NCBI GenBank assembly: GCA_044346705.1
Contig: JBIIYP010000012.1
Coordinates: forward strand, 20,117 to 84,116
From: Flavobacteriales bacterium
Lineage (GTDB): Bacteria; Bacteroidota; Bacteroidia; Flavobacteriales_F; PHOS-HE28
Direction: 5' to 3'
Length of the DNA stretch: 64,000 nucleotides
The notes beneath the pieces are model-generated. The model was given only the letters and a program-made list of their open reading frames with translations, was not told the origin of the DNA and did no database searches. Both the position numbers and the translations under genes were made by a program. Of the stretch, positions 1 to 11,772 are shown piece by piece (position 1 is the stretch's first letter; every line of letters begins with the position of its first letter).

Positions 1-137
1 GCGCCCTGGGGCATTTTGACGGCCGGCACCTGGCCGGTGTGCCGCCCTTCCGGATGGAGTGGCAGCGGCTGGTTAACCTGCTGCGCAAGCAGCGGTGCGT
101 GGAGCAATAGCGCGAGGATCGCGTAGTGTCGGTTCAT
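1..137 (-). CDS. 5' part of a secreted protein that runs off the window edge; probable paralogue of the downstream T9SS cargo gene
   Basis: Not in the ORF track. The reverse strand from ATG at 137 reads MNRHYAILALLLHAPLLAQQVNQPLPLHPEGRHTGQVPAVKMPQG with no stop. It has a signal-peptide pattern and resembles the N-terminus of 294..2252 (MNLHYTAILALL...QWAQP). Confidence 0.7.
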   Translation of the reverse strand, partial: MNRHYAILALLLHAPLLAQQVNQPLPLHPEGRHTGQVPAVKMPQG

Positions 138-241
138 GGCAACAAGGGTTTGAAGGGCTTAATGTAGGAAGCGTTGATGCCACGCCGCACATCGTGCCCA
201 AGGAGGCGTGGTCATTCGTTCGGGGCGGGATGGAACGTGGG

Positions 242-277
242 AAATGAAAAGCCCCCCGGCAGTGCCGGAGGGCTTTC
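242..277 (-). terminator. Intrinsic terminator downstream of the 652-aa T9SS cargo gene
   Basis: The minus strand reads AAGCCCTCCGGC-ACT-GCCGGGGGGCTT followed by TTCATTT, about 15 nt after the stop at 294. Confidence 0.75.
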
Positions 278-293
278 CCATGCTTCGGTCTGA

Positions 294-2252
294 TCAACGC
301 ACCACCGTCATGCGCTTCGTAAGGCGCACGTCACCGCTGGTGAGCGTGTAGAAATAGATGCCCTCGTTCAGCGCGCTAACGTTCACGTTGAGACGGTGCG
401 CACCGCCAGCGCGGTTGGCATCCTCCAGCACACGCACGAGCTTGCCGCTCACATCATGCAGCTCCACGCGCACACGATCTCCCGTGCGCAGTTCGAAGGG
501 AATGGTGACCTGGTCGTTGGCAGGGTTGGGGAAGCTCTGGCCAAGGCCCACACCGTTCTGGAAGTCGCCCTCCTCGATGCCCACGCTCGGATCGAACAAT
601 AAACGCACCATCGGACGACCAGTGACGAGGAACAGGGGGTTGGCCTCGGCAGGGTCGAGCAGCAGGCCCGCAGCCGTGGCCGCAAGTCCGCTGGTGGCCA
701 CGTAGACCGGAGCGGCTCCGCCGAAGTACTGCATGGTGACGAAGAGCTCCTCACCGGCCAGCACATCAAGCGGCGTCAGCAAGGGAAGCGTGACGAACTT
801 GTTCTGCCCGTTGGTGTTCAAATTCGCTGCGGTGATCTCGTGCAGGTCGGTCTCCGCGATGGGGTCGAGGTTGCCGTCGTAGATCGTGCCCTGCACCTGC
901 TCACCGACCGGGGTGGTCTGCGTGGTGGTGTTGCTGGCGATGGCGATCTTGATGCCGTAGGCCGTACCATCGTTCACAATGGAGAAGATGTTACCGGCAG
1001 AGTACTCCAGCGGTGCGCCCAGCGTGGTGGTGTTGCCTTGGCGGCCATCACGGCTGCCTCGATCATACGCGTACTCGAACTCCTTCACCTGGAAGGAAAG
1101 CACCTTGGTGTTGTCATCCGGACGCTCGTCCGGTGCGTCGCTCGTGAGGGTGTAGGTCACGTCGTAATCAGCCGTCGTTGCAGCCGGGGTATAGCCGTCC
1201 ACCTGAATGCTATCCAACACGCCCGTTGCCATTGAGGCCAGGGTGTTGGAACCGGTGAACACCGAGGTGCCACCACCGTTGGTGACGTCCACCGCCATCT
1301 GCACGTTGGTCTGGGTCGCCGATCCGTCATTGAGCACCTTGCTCTTCAGGGTCATCTCACGCACCTGGCTGAACGGGTAGATCGAGTACTCGATGTTGAG
1401 GCCGGAGCCATCGAACACGTTGCCGTCGTTGAAGTAATCGTCGATCTGGGTGTTCTTCAGCACCATGTCATTGCTCGGGCTCTCGGTGATCACCACGTCG
1501 TCCACCTGCCAGTGGTAGTGGGTCATATTGGTGGTGAAGCTGCCCTCCCAGGCGATGCGGAAGCGCACGTTGGCCGGGTTGCCGGAGATGGCCTGGGCCA
1601 TGTTGATATAGACACCGTAGGTGCCGGGATCGATGTTGGTGTTATGGCCTTCCTGGCGGACTTCGACGCGCGTGGGCCAGGTTGCGCCACCGTCGCTGCT
1701 GATGTCCACGAAGTGGCCGCTGGCGGTGCTGCAGCACCAGCGCATCTTCATCTGGAAGGAGAGGTGCACCAGTGGAGTGGCCGTCAGGTCCAGCACCGGG
1801 GACACGAGGTAGCCGTCCCATGTGGTGAAGCTCGCCAATGGGGTGGGCGGGTTCGCGGTGGTGTCGCTGTTCGCGCGGTCGGCATCGAAGATCATGAAGC
1901 CGTTGGCAGCAGTGGTGCTCTCGATGATCTCGCCAGCGTTGCTGTAAGCACCCAGTGGGCCATTCGTGTCGTACTTCCAGATGCTGCCGTGAGGGCCGCT
2001 GCGGGACCATGCGCCCACGCCGTTGTTCCCGGCCAGACCGTTCGCGAAGTCCTCGTAGAACACCGTGTCGCCCGCTGCCTTCGCGGCGCCAGCGTGGTCC
2101 TTGTCCTTGTCCTTGGACCCATCGTTCAGGAACCTGCGGAATCCCTGTTCGTTGGTACCGAGGTCATTCGTTCGCGGGCGGGGCTGCGCCCATTGTCCGT
2201 TCACGGTCCCGGCTGCAAGCAGGGCCAGGATCGCAGTGTAGTGAAGGTTCAT
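294..2252 (-). CDS. T9SS type A sorting-domain protein (cleaved-adhesin/MAM-like beta-sandwich, Ig/CARDB-like domain, CTD)
   Basis: Signal peptide; SPVLDL...VRFRIAW...WQVDDV adhesin-like motif; C-terminal FPNPAND...LHDVSGKLV...GIYFYTL...KRMTVVR is a typical T9SS CTD. Confidence 0.85.
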   Translation of the reverse strand: MNLHYTAILALLAAGTVNGQWAQPRPRTNDLGTNEQGFRRFLNDGSKDKDKDHAGAAKAAGDTVFYEDFANGLAGNNGVGAWSRSGPHGSIWKYDTNGPLGAYSNAGEIIESTTAANGFMIFDADRANSDTTANPPTPLASFTTWDGYLVSPVLDLTATPLVHLSFQMKMRWCCSTASGHFVDISSDGGATWPTRVEVRQEGHNTNIDPGTYGVYINMAQAISGNPANVRFRIAWEGSFTTNMTHYHWQVDDVVITESPSNDMVLKNTQIDDYFNDGNVFDGSGLNIEYSIYPFSQVREMTLKSKVLNDGSATQTNVQMAVDVTNGGGTSVFTGSNTLASMATGVLDSIQVDGYTPAATTADYDVTYTLTSDAPDERPDDNTKVLSFQVKEFEYAYDRGSRDGRQGNTTTLGAPLEYSAGNIFSIVNDGTAYGIKIAIASNTTTQTTPVGEQVQGTIYDGNLDPIAETDLHEITAANLNTNGQNKFVTLPLLTPLDVLAGEELFVTMQYFGGAAPVYVATSGLAATAAGLLLDPAEANPLFLVTGRPMVRLLFDPSVGIEEGDFQNGVGLGQSFPNPANDQVTIPFELRTGDRVRVELHDVSGKLVRVLEDANRAGGAHRLNVNVSALNEGIYFYTLTSGDVRLTKRMTVVR

Positions 2253-2279
2253 GTGCTGAAGGTTTTTCTTGGGAAGCTC

Positions 2280-2287
2280 CGAAAGTA
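2280..2287 (-). promoter_or_regulatory. Bacteroidota sigma70 -7 element variant TACTTTCG
   Basis: Matches TAnnTTTG with one T>C change, 28 nt upstream of the ATG at 2252. Confidence 0.55.
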
Positions 2288-2431
2288 GGACAGTTCAGTG
2301 ATCGGGCCAACCGGCTCGACCGGTCCGGAACGGTCCATCACAGAAAGGTTCCGGAGAAAGGACATCCGTTGGACCGGATCCGCTGCTCGGGACCCTGGCA
2401 GAACAGGGCTGCGATATACAGGTCCAAGGAC

Positions 2432-4213
2432 CTAGCGCGCCACCATCAGGCGGCCTGCGCGGACCGATCCTCCCGAACGGACCTGAAGCACGTAGCTGCC
2501 TGGAGCCAGCTGGGATACAGGCACTTCGAACCGAGGTGAAGAAGACCTGCCGTTCAATACGATACGGCCCCGCAGATCCATCACAGCCCAATCCTGGGTG
2601 CCGAAAGAGCCTTCCACCTGCACAACCGCCACCTGGCTCACCGGGTTGGGCGCGATCCGCAGGGAGAGCTGCCGCTCCGGAACTTCCACCACGCCCACCT
2701 CGGGAGTTGACAGGTAGAGCCGGACCATGGGTACGTTCAACAGGTAGTCCCAATCCACACCGGGACCATCGAAGAACATCGCGCTGCCATGCGTGGCCGC
2801 CTGGCCCAAGGCAACCGTCACCGCACCACTGTCGCTTTCATGCTCGATAACGGCATACACATCAGCCTCCCCGTCCAAGGCATGGGGCAGGATGAACGGC
2901 AGATAGACCATGGTGCCCTTGGTGAGCGCATCGTCGATCTCCACCTGGGTGAGCGCGTGCTCCAAGGAAGAGGCCAGCAGGTTGAATTGCTGGTCGAGCA
3001 ATTTGCCCACCAGCCGCCCGTTCGCGAAGCATCCTTCTCCAGGCAGGAATCCCACAGCGTAGGCCAGGCTGCCCGGTCGCGTTGGCTCCAAGCGCACAGC
3101 TACCGCGTAATCCTCGCCTTCGTTGAAGATGGATCCGGTCACCGTGCTGTCGTCCAGTGCCATGGCGTTGTTCCCTTGGTCCAACCCGGTACCGGTCAAG
3201 TAGAGCGACCGTATGGCGGTATTGTCAGAGGGCGCTTCATCCACGCTTAAGGCGGTGATCATGAAGGTGGCTTCGAGATCGCCTGGGGCCATCGGCAGCC
3301 ATCCGGTGTTGATGAACAGGGTATCCGTTCCGCCGGCACCGATGGCCGGCACCGTTACGGTGAACGTGCCCTGTGCCGTGCCGTTGAGGCTGATGGTCAC
3401 ACTGCAGGTGGCGTTGATCGCGGCAAGGCTGCCGGAGTTGAACACCACGATCTTCACCACCAGCGTATCGGCCTGTTCGACCGGCAGTTGGGTGTAGCCC
3501 AAGGTGCGCCGGGTGCCATCGAAGGCAGTGACCTGCGCATCGCTGAGAAAGGCATCAAGGAGCACGAGGTCATGCGCAGGCCGCGCATTGACGCAGATGT
3601 CGTCGATGGCAAGGCCACCGGCCCAACCGCCATTGTCGCTCCACCGGATCCGAACGCGGACCGCGGATGACCCATCGAACGCGGACAGGTCCGCCTGGAA
3701 CCACTGCCACACATGGGGTATTGCACCGATGGTCGCCACTGCTGTCCAGGTGTTCCCGTCACCGCTGGCCTCCACCACACCATCACCCCCTCCGAAGGCG
3801 CCGTTGTTGAACGCGCGGAACCGCATGGCGGCGTTCTGCACACCGCTGAGGTCGATCACAGGGGACGTGAGCGCCACATCGTTCATGGCACAATTGCAGG
3901 GCGTGGCATCGTCGTTCGCCATGGCGAAGCTGTTCCCCGAGGGGATGTCCGGCACGGGAAAATACCCGTTCACCCGCGCTGTGGCCGAGGTCCCCGTGGT
4001 CCAGGCATCCACGAACGTGCCGAGCCCATTGCCCAATTCATCCTGCTGTTCCACAGGTGCACCCACGGACCAACCCGCCGGGATCCCCGAACCGAAGTCG
4101 GCCCCCAGGAGGCAGATGCTTTTGGGAGCGCCGTTGCCCGGTCCCTTTCCCGCCATCGTTGCGTGAGGGAGCAGGCTGGCGGACAAGAGGAGGGTCTGGA
4201 GCAGGCGGGTCAT
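2432..4213 (-). CDS. T9SS type A sorting-domain protein, paralogue of 294..2252
   Basis: Start moved to ATG 4213 (MTRLLQTLLLSASLL, signal peptide). Contains SPVIDL...VRVRIRW...AIDDICV, PSDNTA and PMVRL, with CTD IAPNPVS...DLRGRIV...PGSYVL. Confidence 0.85.
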   Translation of the reverse strand: MTRLLQTLLLSASLLPHATMAGKGPGNGAPKSICLLGADFGSGIPAGWSVGAPVEQQDELGNGLGTFVDAWTTGTSATARVNGYFPVPDIPSGNSFAMANDDATPCNCAMNDVALTSPVIDLSGVQNAAMRFRAFNNGAFGGGDGVVEASGDGNTWTAVATIGAIPHVWQWFQADLSAFDGSSAVRVRIRWSDNGGWAGGLAIDDICVNARPAHDLVLLDAFLSDAQVTAFDGTRRTLGYTQLPVEQADTLVVKIVVFNSGSLAAINATCSVTISLNGTAQGTFTVTVPAIGAGGTDTLFINTGWLPMAPGDLEATFMITALSVDEAPSDNTAIRSLYLTGTGLDQGNNAMALDDSTVTGSIFNEGEDYAVAVRLEPTRPGSLAYAVGFLPGEGCFANGRLVGKLLDQQFNLLASSLEHALTQVEIDDALTKGTMVYLPFILPHALDGEADVYAVIEHESDSGAVTVALGQAATHGSAMFFDGPGVDWDYLLNVPMVRLYLSTPEVGVVEVPERQLSLRIAPNPVSQVAVVQVEGSFGTQDWAVMDLRGRIVLNGRSSSPRFEVPVSQLAPGSYVLQVRSGGSVRAGRLMVAR

Positions 4214-4240
4214 GCGAGGGCGATAGGCCGGGAAGGTGCG

Positions 4241-4248
4241 CAAAGGTA
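4241..4248 (-). promoter_or_regulatory. Bacteroidota -7 promoter element TACCTTTG
   Basis: Exact TAnnTTTG match 28 nt upstream of ATG 4213; supports the reassigned start. Confidence 0.7.
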
Positions 4249-4639
4249 GCCGGATGTCACAGGCCAGGAAGCAGCGAGGGTCCTCCAACGGGGACCCTGC
4301 CCCTGCAAGCGGTGAGCGGTTCCTTTTCCTGGCTGCTACCGGATTGTTGCGAGCGCTGCGCTGCGGCGTGGAGCACCACCAACCGGCCGAGGAGCAGGGC
4401 GCCGTGTTGCGTATGGCGGGGTGTTGGGCCGATGGGTGGACCGCCGATGATCGCCGGCCATGGACCGGAGGGAACGCCGTGCAAACGGTTGGTGCTAGTG
4501 GAACGGGACGCTTATGGGACGAACCGGGCGAGCGGTCGGCGCCACCGCAAGAGCAGGCAAGTCAGCTTCCGAAAGCAACGCATCGCCGCAGGGAGCAGCG
4601 GTGCGTTAAGTGATGGATCGGACCTGTTCGAAGCGGTGC

Positions 4640-7501
<2,862 letters not shown>

Positions 7502-7527
7502 GGGGTCGAGGATTCAAGAAAAGCGGC

Positions 7528-7535
7528 CAAATATA
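7528..7535 (-). promoter_or_regulatory. -7 promoter element TATATTTG for gcvP
   Basis: Exact TAnnTTTG match 27 nt upstream of the gcvP ATG. Confidence 0.7.
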
Positions 7536-7628
7536 CGGGGCACTTTCACCCCTGTTCCTGACCTGTGTGGGGTGAACACATGCGGTCCATTCTTGTTCGT
7601 GTGATCCTTGTCTACATTGGCCCGGCGA

Positions 7629-8249
7629 ATGCGCACGTTACTCCTTCCGCTCCTGTTCCTGCTCCTGCGGCCTGCCCTCTGTCAGGACCGCATCCTGCTC
7701 ATGAACGGACAGGAGCTGAGCGGTCGCGTGGTGGGCCAGAGCACCCTTGAGGTACGCTATCTCGAAACGCACAAGGGGAGCCTGCTGGAGCGCCGGGAGC
7801 CCACGGAAAGCGTGTTCAGTGTCACCGACAGCCTGGGCCTGGAGAAGGTGTGGTACTTCCATGATCCCGCGTTCGGCAATGACCTCACCGTGGACCAGAT
7901 GCGGTGGTACATCAAGGGCGAGCAGGATGCGCGGATCGGCTACAAGCCGCGTGTGCCGGTCTGGGGCGGTTTCCTGCTGGGTGCCGGCCTGGTGGTCGCC
8001 ATGGACCTGGAAGTGAACTCCTTGCTCATTCCGCCGGTCTATGCCGGGCTCATGGCCTGGCCGCGTGTGCATGTGACCCCGGGTTCGGTGCGCGATCCGC
8101 TCATGGAAGGGGATGAGTACTACGCCACGGGTTACTCCGCAGTGGGCCGGCCCAAGCGCGTGGTGAACAGCCTGCTGAGCACCACGGTCGGCGTGGTGGC
8201 GGGGCTGCTCGTGCGGCAGCTCATCATCAACCCGAACCAGAACCCCTAG
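7629..8249 (+). CDS. Hypothetical exported/membrane protein
   Basis: Likely start ATG 7629 (MRTLLLPLLFLLLRPALCQD signal peptide); short beta-rich DRILLMNG domain followed by hydrophobic segments; host-like codon usage. Confidence 0.7.
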   Translation: MRTLLLPLLFLLLRPALCQDRILLMNGQELSGRVVGQSTLEVRYLETHKGSLLERREPTESVFSVTDSLGLEKVWYFHDPAFGNDLTVDQMRWYIKGEQDARIGYKPRVPVWGGFLLGAGLVVAMDLEVNSLLIPPVYAGLMAWPRVHVTPGSVRDPLMEGDEYYATGYSAVGRPKRVVNSLLSTTVGVVAGLLVRQLIINPNQNP

Positions 8250-8253
8250 CGCC

Positions 8254-9144
8254 ATGGTCCAGGGCATCCGGAACCCGGTGTTGCGGATCCTGGTGTACGG
8301 ACATGTGTGGCTGGCCTTGGGTGCGGCCGTGCAGACCGCCTGGATGCAAGAGCTGTTGGACCTTGCAGGTTGGCGCGCACCCCTGTTGGCCTTCTGCGGA
8401 ACGATCGTCGGCTACACCTTCATGCGGTGGGCACGGATGGACCATCCCGAGCTTGGGGGCGCACCTCACTTGGCCTGGTTCAGGGCGAACAAGAAGCCGT
8501 TGTTGTACTTCGCGCTGTTCTGTCTCGGGTGCGGAACGGCGCTCGCGTTGCCGCATGCCTTGGCGCTCTTTCGGCTCCTCTGGCCCGCAGCGTTCGTCAC
8601 GCTGTTCTACGTGGTGCCACCACGGTTGGTGGGCGGAAGAACGACCGGGCTGAGGTGGGTGCCCTTGCTGAAGGCGCTGCTCATCGCGGCCGCGTGGTCG
8701 CTGGTCACCATCGGTCTGCCGTTGGCGATGAATGGAATGGACCAGCGTGCGGAACGCTCCGGATCGCTGCTCGCTTTACAGTTCACCTTCTTCCTTCCGC
8801 TGGCCATCACGTTCGATCTGCGTGACCAGGTATCGGACCCGCATGATCTGCGCACCATTCCGCAAGTGATGGGACCACGTTCGGCCAAGGCATTGGCGGT
8901 CGTGTTGCTGCTCTATCCGGTTTCCGTGCTCCTCCTTCTGGCCTACCTCGCAAGGGCCATGGATGAACCGGGCATCACACCGACGCCAGCGTGGGAGGAC
9001 CTGCTCGGCGCATTGGGCTATCTGGTCACCTTGGTCCTTGTCGTTCGGTCCCGACCGGATCGCGGACCGCTCTACCACGACCTGCTCGTGGACGGTGTGC
9101 TTGTGCTGGTGCCCATGCTGTGGTGGCTGGGCACGCTTCTCTGA
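8254..9144 (+). CDS. UbiA prenyltransferase-like integral membrane protein
   Basis: About 8-9 hydrophobic helices; P(L)LKALLIAAAWSLVT and FDLRDQVSD...LRTIPQVMG resemble the second Asp-rich UbiA motif (D.RD...D...TIP). Confidence 0.65.
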   Translation: MVQGIRNPVLRILVYGHVWLALGAAVQTAWMQELLDLAGWRAPLLAFCGTIVGYTFMRWARMDHPELGGAPHLAWFRANKKPLLYFALFCLGCGTALALPHALALFRLLWPAAFVTLFYVVPPRLVGGRTTGLRWVPLLKALLIAAAWSLVTIGLPLAMNGMDQRAERSGSLLALQFTFFLPLAITFDLRDQVSDPHDLRTIPQVMGPRSAKALAVVLLLYPVSVLLLLAYLARAMDEPGITPTPAWEDLLGALGYLVTLVLVVRSRPDRGPLYHDLLVDGVLVLVPMLWWLGTLL

Positions 9145-10434
9145 TCACATCACCGCATCCAACGCCTCGCACATGGCCCGGGCCACCTGCTGCACCTGCG
9201 CATCGGTGTGCGCGGAGGAAAGGAAGCCGACCTCATATCCGCTGGGCGCCGCGTACACCCCCCGTTCCAGCAAGGCCGCGTGCAGCTTCGCGTAGGTCTT
9301 CATGCTCGCGCTTTCGATCGCGTCGGCCCGACGGATGTGATCCGCGTCCGCGAAGAAGCCCCAGAAGATGGAGCCGATGTGGTCCAGGTGGTAGGTATAA
9401 CCCCTGGCCTTCGCATGGGCGTTCACGAGGGTACAGAGCAAGGCGGTCTTTGCTTCCAGTGCTTGGTAGAATCCTGGCTTCAGGCATTCGGTGAGCTGCG
9501 CATGACCAGCCGCCATGGCTACCGGGTTGCCGCTCAAGGTGCCTGCTTGGTACACCGGGCCTTCGGGAGCTACGTGCTTCATCAGGTCGAGCCGTCCGCC
9601 ATAAGCACCCACCGGCATGCCGCCACCGATGATCTTGCCGTAGGTCACCAGGTCGGGCACGATCCCAAAGCTGCAGAACGAACCGGCGAAACCGACGCGG
9701 AAGCCGCTGATCACTTCATCCAGAATGAGCACTGCGCCGTGTTCCGTGCAAAGCTCGCGCAGGCGTTGCAGGAAGGTCCGTTCCTGGAGCAGCAGGCCGT
9801 TGTTCGCGGGGATCGGCTCGATGATCGCGCCGGCGAGCTGCGCACCGTGTGTACGGAACACCGTTTCCAACGCGGCCAGGTCGTTCAGCGGCACCACCAG
9901 TGTGAGCTTCGCCAATTCCTCCGGCACACCGGCGCTGGACGAGGTTCCGAAGGTGGCCAGCCCGCTGCCCGCGTTCACCAGCAGGCTGTCCACGTGGCCG
10001 TGGTAGCAGCCGTCGAACTTCAGGATCAGGTCCCGCTGGGTGGCGCCACGCGCAAGCCGGATCGCGCTCTGCACCGCTTCCGTGCCGCTGCTCACGAAAC
10101 GCAAGCGTTGCACGAAGGGGATGTGGTCCATGATCAGTCGGGCCAACTTGTTCTCTTCTTCGGTCGGCGCACCGAACGTGGTACCCAGCGCCACGCGCTT
10201 GGTGATCGCCTCCACCACCGCCGGATGGGCATGCCCCAGGATCAGCGGACCCCAGCTGTGGCACAGGTCGATGAAGGTGTTGCCGTCCACGTCGTGCAGC
10301 AGGGCGCCCTCGCCGCGCGTGAAGAAGATGGGCGTGCCGCCCACCGATCGGAAAGCCCGAACAGGACTGTTCACTCCGCCGGGAAAGAGCTCCAGGGCTT
10401 CCTTGTACAACTGCTCCGACCGATCGCGCTTCAT
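9145..10434 (-). CDS. hemL: Glutamate-1-semialdehyde 2,1-aminomutase
   Basis: True start is ATG 10434 within the 884-aa track ORF; FPGGVNSPVRAF, SGTEAVQSAIRLARG, GKIIGGGMPVGAYGG, VYQAGTLSGNP. Confidence 0.97.
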   Translation of the reverse strand: MKRDRSEQLYKEALELFPGGVNSPVRAFRSVGGTPIFFTRGEGALLHDVDGNTFIDLCHSWGPLILGHAHPAVVEAITKRVALGTTFGAPTEEENKLARLIMDHIPFVQRLRFVSSGTEAVQSAIRLARGATQRDLILKFDGCYHGHVDSLLVNAGSGLATFGTSSSAGVPEELAKLTLVVPLNDLAALETVFRTHGAQLAGAIIEPIPANNGLLLQERTFLQRLRELCTEHGAVLILDEVISGFRVGFAGSFCSFGIVPDLVTYGKIIGGGMPVGAYGGRLDLMKHVAPEGPVYQAGTLSGNPVAMAAGHAQLTECLKPGFYQALEAKTALLCTLVNAHAKARGYTYHLDHIGSIFWGFFADADHIRRADAIESASMKTYAKLHAALLERGVYAAPSGYEVGFLSSAHTDAQVQQVARAMCEALDAVM

Positions 10435-10448
10435 GTGATGTTCCTCAT
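10435..10448. promoter_or_regulatory. Crp/Fnr-like TGA-N6-TCA box in the hemL/kynU divergent region
   Basis: GTGAT-GTTC-CTCAT (reverse ATGAG-GAAC-ATCAC); similar to the boxes before ccoI and ccoS. Confidence 0.4.
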
Positions 10449-10469
10449 GTAGGAGGAGTGCGAAGCTCC

Positions 10470-10477
10470 TACTTTCG
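10470..10477 (+). promoter_or_regulatory. -7 element variant TACTTTCG for kynU
   Basis: Lies 17 nt upstream of ATG 10495; the same variant occurs at 2280 and 15646. Confidence 0.6.
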
Positions 10478-10494
10478 CACGCACTACAGGTCAC

Positions 10495-11772
10495 ATGCCG
10501 GTCATCTTCGAGAACACCCCCGCTTTCGCCAAGGCCCAGGACACAGCCGATCCGCTGCGCGCGTTCCGCGACGAGTTCCATTTCCCCCAGCATCAGGGGA
10601 AGCCCGTGATCTATTTCACCGGCAACTCGCTCGGGCTTCAACCCAAGGCCGCCGCTGATGCCCTGAAACAGGAGCTCGACGACTGGGCCCGTTTCGGGGT
10701 GGAAGGCCATTTCCTGGCGAAGCACCCATGGTACAGTTACCACGAGGAGCTCACCGCAAGCACCGCGCGGATGGTCGGTGCGCTTCCAGAGGAGGTGGTA
10801 GTGATGAACCAGCTCACCAGCAACTTGCATTTCCTGCTGGTGTCCTTCTATCGCCCTGCAGGAAAGCGGACGAAGATCCTCACCGAGACCCGTCCCTTCC
10901 CGAGCGACACCTATGCCTTCGCTTCGCAGATCGCCTTCCATGGCGGTGATCCGGAGAAGGACCTGGTGGAGGTACAGCCCCGTGCCGGTGAACACACCCT
11001 GCGCACCGAGGACATCGTGGCGAAGATCAACGAGCTGGGCGACACGCTCGCACTGGTCTGCTTCGGCGGTGTGAACTTCTACACGGGTCAGGCCTTCGAC
11101 CTGTCCGCGATCACGAAGGCCGCACACGCAGTGGGAGCCAATGTCGGTTTCGACCTGGCCCATGCCGCCGGCAACCTGCACCTGAAGCTCCACGACATCG
11201 GCGCTGACTTCGCGTGCTGGTGTACCTACAAGTACCTGAACAGCGGGCCCGGCAGCGTGGCCGGAGCCTTCGTGCACCAGCGCCATCTCGGCAAGGGCTT
11301 GCCGCTCTTCGCCGGTTGGTGGGGACATGACAAGGCCGAGCGCTTCAAGATGGACCGCACCTTCAAGCCCATGCCCACGGCCGAAGCCTGGCAGGTGAGC
11401 AACGCACCGGTGTTCAGCATGGCCGTGCACCGAGTGGCCCTGGAGCAGTTCGACCGTGCGGGCATCGCGAACCTTCGGGCCAAGAGCGAACAACTGACCG
11501 GGTACCTGGCGTTCATCATTGCTGAAGTGGCGAAAGCCACGGGCACGAACCTCGAAGTGATCACCCCGAACGATCCCGCACAGCGCGGTTGCCAGTTGAG
11601 CATCCTTGCCCATGGACACGGTAAGGCCCTCTTCAACAAGCTGACCGAACGCGGCGTGATAGCCGATTGGCGTGAACCCAACGTGATCCGTGTCGCCCCG
11701 GTACCGATCTACAACAGTTTCGAGGATGTCTTCCGTTTCGGTGAAGCGCTTCGCGCCAGCCTCACGGTATGA
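10495..11772 (+). CDS. kynU: Kynureninase
   Basis: YFTGNSLGLQP, GFDLAHAAGN, WCTYKYLNSGPG (PLP lysine), GWWGH, DWREPNVIRVAPVPIYN. Confidence 0.97.
   Translation: MPVIFENTPAFAKAQDTADPLRAFRDEFHFPQHQGKPVIYFTGNSLGLQPKAAADALKQELDDWARFGVEGHFLAKHPWYSYHEELTASTARMVGALPEEVVVMNQLTSNLHFLLVSFYRPAGKRTKILTETRPFPSDTYAFASQIAFHGGDPEKDLVEVQPRAGEHTLRTEDIVAKINELGDTLALVCFGGVNFYTGQAFDLSAITKAAHAVGANVGFDLAHAAGNLHLKLHDIGADFACWCTYKYLNSGPGSVAGAFVHQRHLGKGLPLFAGWWGHDKAERFKMDRTFKPMPTAEAWQVSNAPVFSMAVHRVALEQFDRAGIANLRAKSEQLTGYLAFIIAEVAKATGTNLEVITPNDPAQRGCQLSILAHGHGKALFNKLTERGVIADWREPNVIRVAPVPIYNSFEDVFRFGEALRASLTV

Noticed and set aside
3-110. Plus-strand open frame ALGHFDGRHL...VEQ*
   Set aside because: The minus-strand frame from ATG 137 gives a clear signal peptide like the neighbouring paralogue and explains the region better.
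2095-2118. DKDKDH repeat (GACAAG x2) in the T9SS protein
   Set aside because: Too short for a contingency locus; an in-frame low-complexity linker.
4255-4280. CAGGCCAGGAAGCAGC resembling the SRP RNA core
   Set aside because: It lacks the GGUCC-GGAA-GGA helix and tetraloop and flanking pairing, and lies next to a minus-strand promoter.
7502-7628. Glycine riboswitch upstream of gcvP
   Set aside because: The -7 box lies only 27 nt from the ATG, leaving no room, and no aptamer motifs are visible; only an 8-bp inverted repeat (7545-7576) of unknown meaning.
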